Assembly: GCA_045531205.1 (NCBI GenBank)
Contig: JAZSDN010000104.1
Location: forward strand, 18,100-82,099
DNA from: Clostridia bacterium
GTDB taxonomy: Bacteria > Bacillota > Clostridia > UMGS1883 > UMGS1540
Length of the DNA stretch: 64,000 nt
Direction: 5' to 3'
Shown here: positions 61,579 to 64,000 of the stretch, piece by piece
How positions within the stretch are numbered: the first letter of the stretch is position 1
Layout: every line of letters begins with the position of its first letter
Position numbers and translations under genes: made by a program
The notes under the pieces: model-generated
What the model saw: only the letters and a program-made list of their open reading frames with translations
The model's database searches: none
What the model was told of the DNA's origin: nothing

Positions 61579-62910
61579 TTAATCAACAATCCTGACCTCT
61601 TTTATGCCATAGTATTCAAAAAGCTCTGCAGCGCTTTCGTTTATTTCCTCGCCGCAAACAACAATGGGAATTGCAGGGGGGCAGGAAACATTTTCGCAGG
61701 CAAGAATTTTACCTTTTGCCAAATGAATGGGTATAATTTTGGTTTTTGAAAAAGCAGCTTCTCTTGCAGACATAATTTTTTTGGGGATCTGCAAAGTCGG
61801 TGCAGCATCAGTAATTTCGTCTTTTACAGGTAAGTTAAGAAGTGCTTCTTCTAAAGTATTTATATCTGTTTTGTCGGTTTCGGGAGTAAACATAAATACT
61901 ATAAAATCAGGGTCAGCAAATTCACACACAATATTTCTTTCAAAAAGGTATTTCGAAAGCTCAAGCCCCGTGTATCCATAGCTTTTGGGCGCAATTGTAA
62001 TTTTTAAATCCTCGCATCCAATAAGCTTAAAGCCTTGCTTTATAAGTGTGTCTTTTAATTTGTTTAATTTGTTTATGCAGCTTTCAAGCTTTTCTTTATA
62101 TCCATTATGTAAATATAAGTTTGCTAAATCAAGAGATTGCAAAATAAGATATGAAGGGCTTGTTGAAGCAAAAAGTGCCATTGCTCTTTTTGCATTTTCT
62201 GCAAAAACAGAGGGAGCATTTTTGCTTATATGAAGATACCCGCCGCCTGTTAAAACAGGCAGAGTTTTGTGCGCAGAGTCGCAACACATATCAGCACCAA
62301 GTGCAATAGGATGTTTTGATGCAGGTAAAAAATTAAGATAAGCACCGTGTGCATTATCACAAAGAAGTAAAACCCCGTGTTTGTGGCAAACCTTTGAAAT
62401 GGCGGCAATATCGGCAACATTACCAAGGTAATCGGGGCTTGTTACATAAAATGCAACGGGCTTTTCTTTCATATTTGAAAGCTTTTCATCAAGCACCTGT
62501 GCCGAAACATCACAAGATATAATGTTGCTGTTTTCCGTAAAAAGCCATTCAATATTAAAGTCTAAAAGTGCAGCAGCACTCATAAAAACCTTGTGAGCAT
62601 TTCTTGCTGCAAGAATGGTTTTTGAAGAGCCGTTGCCAAAAAGCATTGCAAGATAAAGCATAGCTCTTATAGAAAGAGATGTTCCTTCACAAGAATATAT
62701 CGTGCTTGCCGTTCCAAAAAGAGAAGCCGCATTTTTCTGACTTTCCTCAATAATACCCTCGGAAGAATATAACTCATCCGCACCGTCAATTTCTGTGATG
62801 TCAAATTCTTCTATTCCCAGAAAAGATATACCCTTGTGTCCTGGCATATGAAGCCTGGTAGTCCTTTTTTCTTTATAATCTTTTACAAAATCAAAAATAG
62901 GAGTTTTCAT
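61579..62910 (-). CDS. Orn/Lys/Arg decarboxylase family PLP enzyme (fold type I, small SpeA/YaaO-like form)
   Basis: LHMPGHKG N-terminal motif, the PLP-lysine region CDSAHKTLPVLTGGG, and a size of 443 aa. Confidence 0.7.
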   Translation of the reverse strand: MKTPIFDFVKDYKEKRTTRLHMPGHKGISFLGIEEFDITEIDGADELYSSEGIIEESQKNAASLFGTASTIYSCEGTSLSIRAMLYLAMLFGNGSSKTILAARNAHKVFMSAAALLDFNIEWLFTENSNIISCDVSAQVLDEKLSNMKEKPVAFYVTSPDYLGNVADIAAISKVCHKHGVLLLCDNAHGAYLNFLPASKHPIALGADMCCDSAHKTLPVLTGGGYLHISKNAPSVFAENAKRAMALFASTSPSYLILQSLDLANLYLHNGYKEKLESCINKLNKLKDTLIKQGFKLIGCEDLKITIAPKSYGYTGLELSKYLFERNIVCEFADPDFIVFMFTPETDKTDINTLEEALLNLPVKDEITDAAPTLQIPKKIMSAREAAFSKTKIIPIHLAKGKILACENVSCPPAIPIVVCGEEINESAAELFEYYGIKEVRIVD

Positions 62911-64000
62911 TATTCTTCATCCATTGTTTTTGCAATTTCAAGCATAATTGCACATTCCATTCTTTTCTTAAAAAGTTCACATCCGTACTTGTAAACACCG
63001 TTAACGCTTCCCGTTGCGTGGTAAGCATTTGCCGCACATCCGCCCGAACAGTAAAGCTTTGCCCAGCATCCTTCACATTCGGGATGAGTATATACGTTGC
63101 ACGAAGCAAATTGGTTTTGGACTTCAGGGTTTGTTACACCGTTCCATATATCGCCAAGCTTAAACTTTTCTTCGCCAACAAACTGATGACAGGGGAAAAG
63201 GTCACCCCAAGGGGTAACTGCCATATATTCAGTACCCGAACCGCAACCCGAAATTCTCTTATAAATGCAAGGACCGCCTGTAAGGTCAATCATATAGTGG
63301 TAGAAGGTAAAAGGTCTGCCCTCGCGGTGCCTTTTAAGCATAAGCTCTGCAAGCTTTTCATATTGCTCTAAAACTATCGGCAAATCTTCTTTTGTAAGGG
63401 ATGAAGGGTCATCCTCAGGCCCTACAACGGGTTCCATACTAAGCTCGGTAAACCCTAAATCAAGCATTGTTTTTATATCTTCAAGAAAATCGGGGTTTGC
63501 GTGAGTAAATGTTCCACGCATATAATAGTTTTTGCCCCCGCGTGCTTCTACAAATTTCTGAAATTTAGGAACAATTTTGTCCCACGAACCGTTGCCCGCA
63601 TAATCCACTCTGTATTTATCGTGAATCTCTTTTCTTCCGTCAAGACTTAATACAACATTACTGCACTCACGGTTTGCAAAATCAATTACATCATCATCCA
63701 CCAAAACACCGTTGGTTGTAAGTGTAAAACGGAAGTTTTTACCTGCCTCTTTTTCTATACTGCGGGCATATTTAACAAGGTCTAGTACAACCTGAAAATT
63801 CATTAAAGGCTCCCCACCAAAAAAATCAACTTCAAGATTTTTTCTGCCTTTAGAGTTTGCAACAAGAAAATCAAGAGCCTGTTTGCCTACCTCATAGCTC
63901 ATAACAGCACGATCGCCGTGATATTTGCCCTGACTTGCAAAACAGTAAGAACAGTTTAAGTTACAGGTATGAGCAATATGTAAACAAAGAGCTTTAACAA
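62910..64000 (-). CDS. Radical SAM/SPASM-domain enzyme (anaerobic sulfatase-maturating enzyme-like); the N-terminus lies beyond the window end
   Basis: The minus-strand reading frame stays open past 63902. It encodes ...HIAHTCNLNCSYCFASQGKYHGDRAVMSYEV..., which carries the CxxxCxxC radical SAM motif. The C-terminal Cys-rich SPASM region is CGSGTEY...CHQF...CNVYTHPECEGCWAKLYCSGGC. Confidence 0.7.
   Translation of the reverse strand, partial: VKALCLHIAHTCNLNCSYCFASQGKYHGDRAVMSYEVGKQALDFLVANSKGRKNLEVDFFGGEPLMNFQVVLDLVKYARSIEKEAGKNFRFTLTTNGVLVDDDVIDFANRECSNVVLSLDGRKEIHDKYRVDYAGNGSWDKIVPKFQKFVEARGGKNYYMRGTFTHANPDFLEDIKTMLDLGFTELSMEPVVGPEDDPSSLTKEDLPIVLEQYEKLAELMLKRHREGRPFTFYHYMIDLTGGPCIYKRISGCGSGTEYMAVTPWGDLFPCHQFVGEEKFKLGDIWNGVTNPEVQNQFASCNVYTHPECEGCWAKLYCSGGCAANAYHATGSVNGVYKYGCELFKKRMECAIMLEIAKTMDEE

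Overview
This window is AT-rich chromosomal DNA from a Firmicutes (Clostridia-type) genome, almost entirely + strand coding until about 54.6 kb. The first ~33 kb are conserved housekeeping genes: the infB-rbfA-nrnA-truB-ribF-rpsO-pnp block, an M16 peptidase, glyQS, a phosphoglucomutase-family gene, peptidoglycan peptidases, a complete hrcA-grpE-dnaK-dnaJ operon with a perfect CIRCE operator, secA-prfB, a transporter, rhamnulokinase, iscS-thiI, a ParC/GyrA-like subunit A and an NfeD/SPFH pair. A tmRNA gene (ssrA) sits at 33.7-34.1 kb and is followed by a repeat-rich flank and a GH78 alpha-L-rhamnosidase. An accessory cell-surface cluster follows from 37.2 to 57.7 kb. It holds two paralogous secreted proteins built only of tandem CBM4_9-like modules. 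It also holds two paralogous ~350-aa secreted proteins and a 50-aa ORF with a strong RBS. Three large paralogous proteins combine CBM-like modules with a conserved, unassigned ~450-aa glycosidase-like core and C-terminal SLH cell-wall anchors. A 1016-aa protein with N-terminal SLH domains is encoded on the opposite strand. The window ends with a minus-strand block: a DMT transporter, an unusual XRE-HTH/cupin/medium-chain acyl-CoA synthetase fusion preceded by a sigma70 promoter plus T-box leader, an Orn/Lys/Arg decarboxylase, and a 5'-truncated radical SAM/SPASM (anSME-like) enzyme. No CRISPR array, transposase or integrase was seen. The most novel-looking element is the SLH/CBM surface-protein cluster with its unassigned catalytic-like core; the T-box-controlled regulator-ligase fusion is second.
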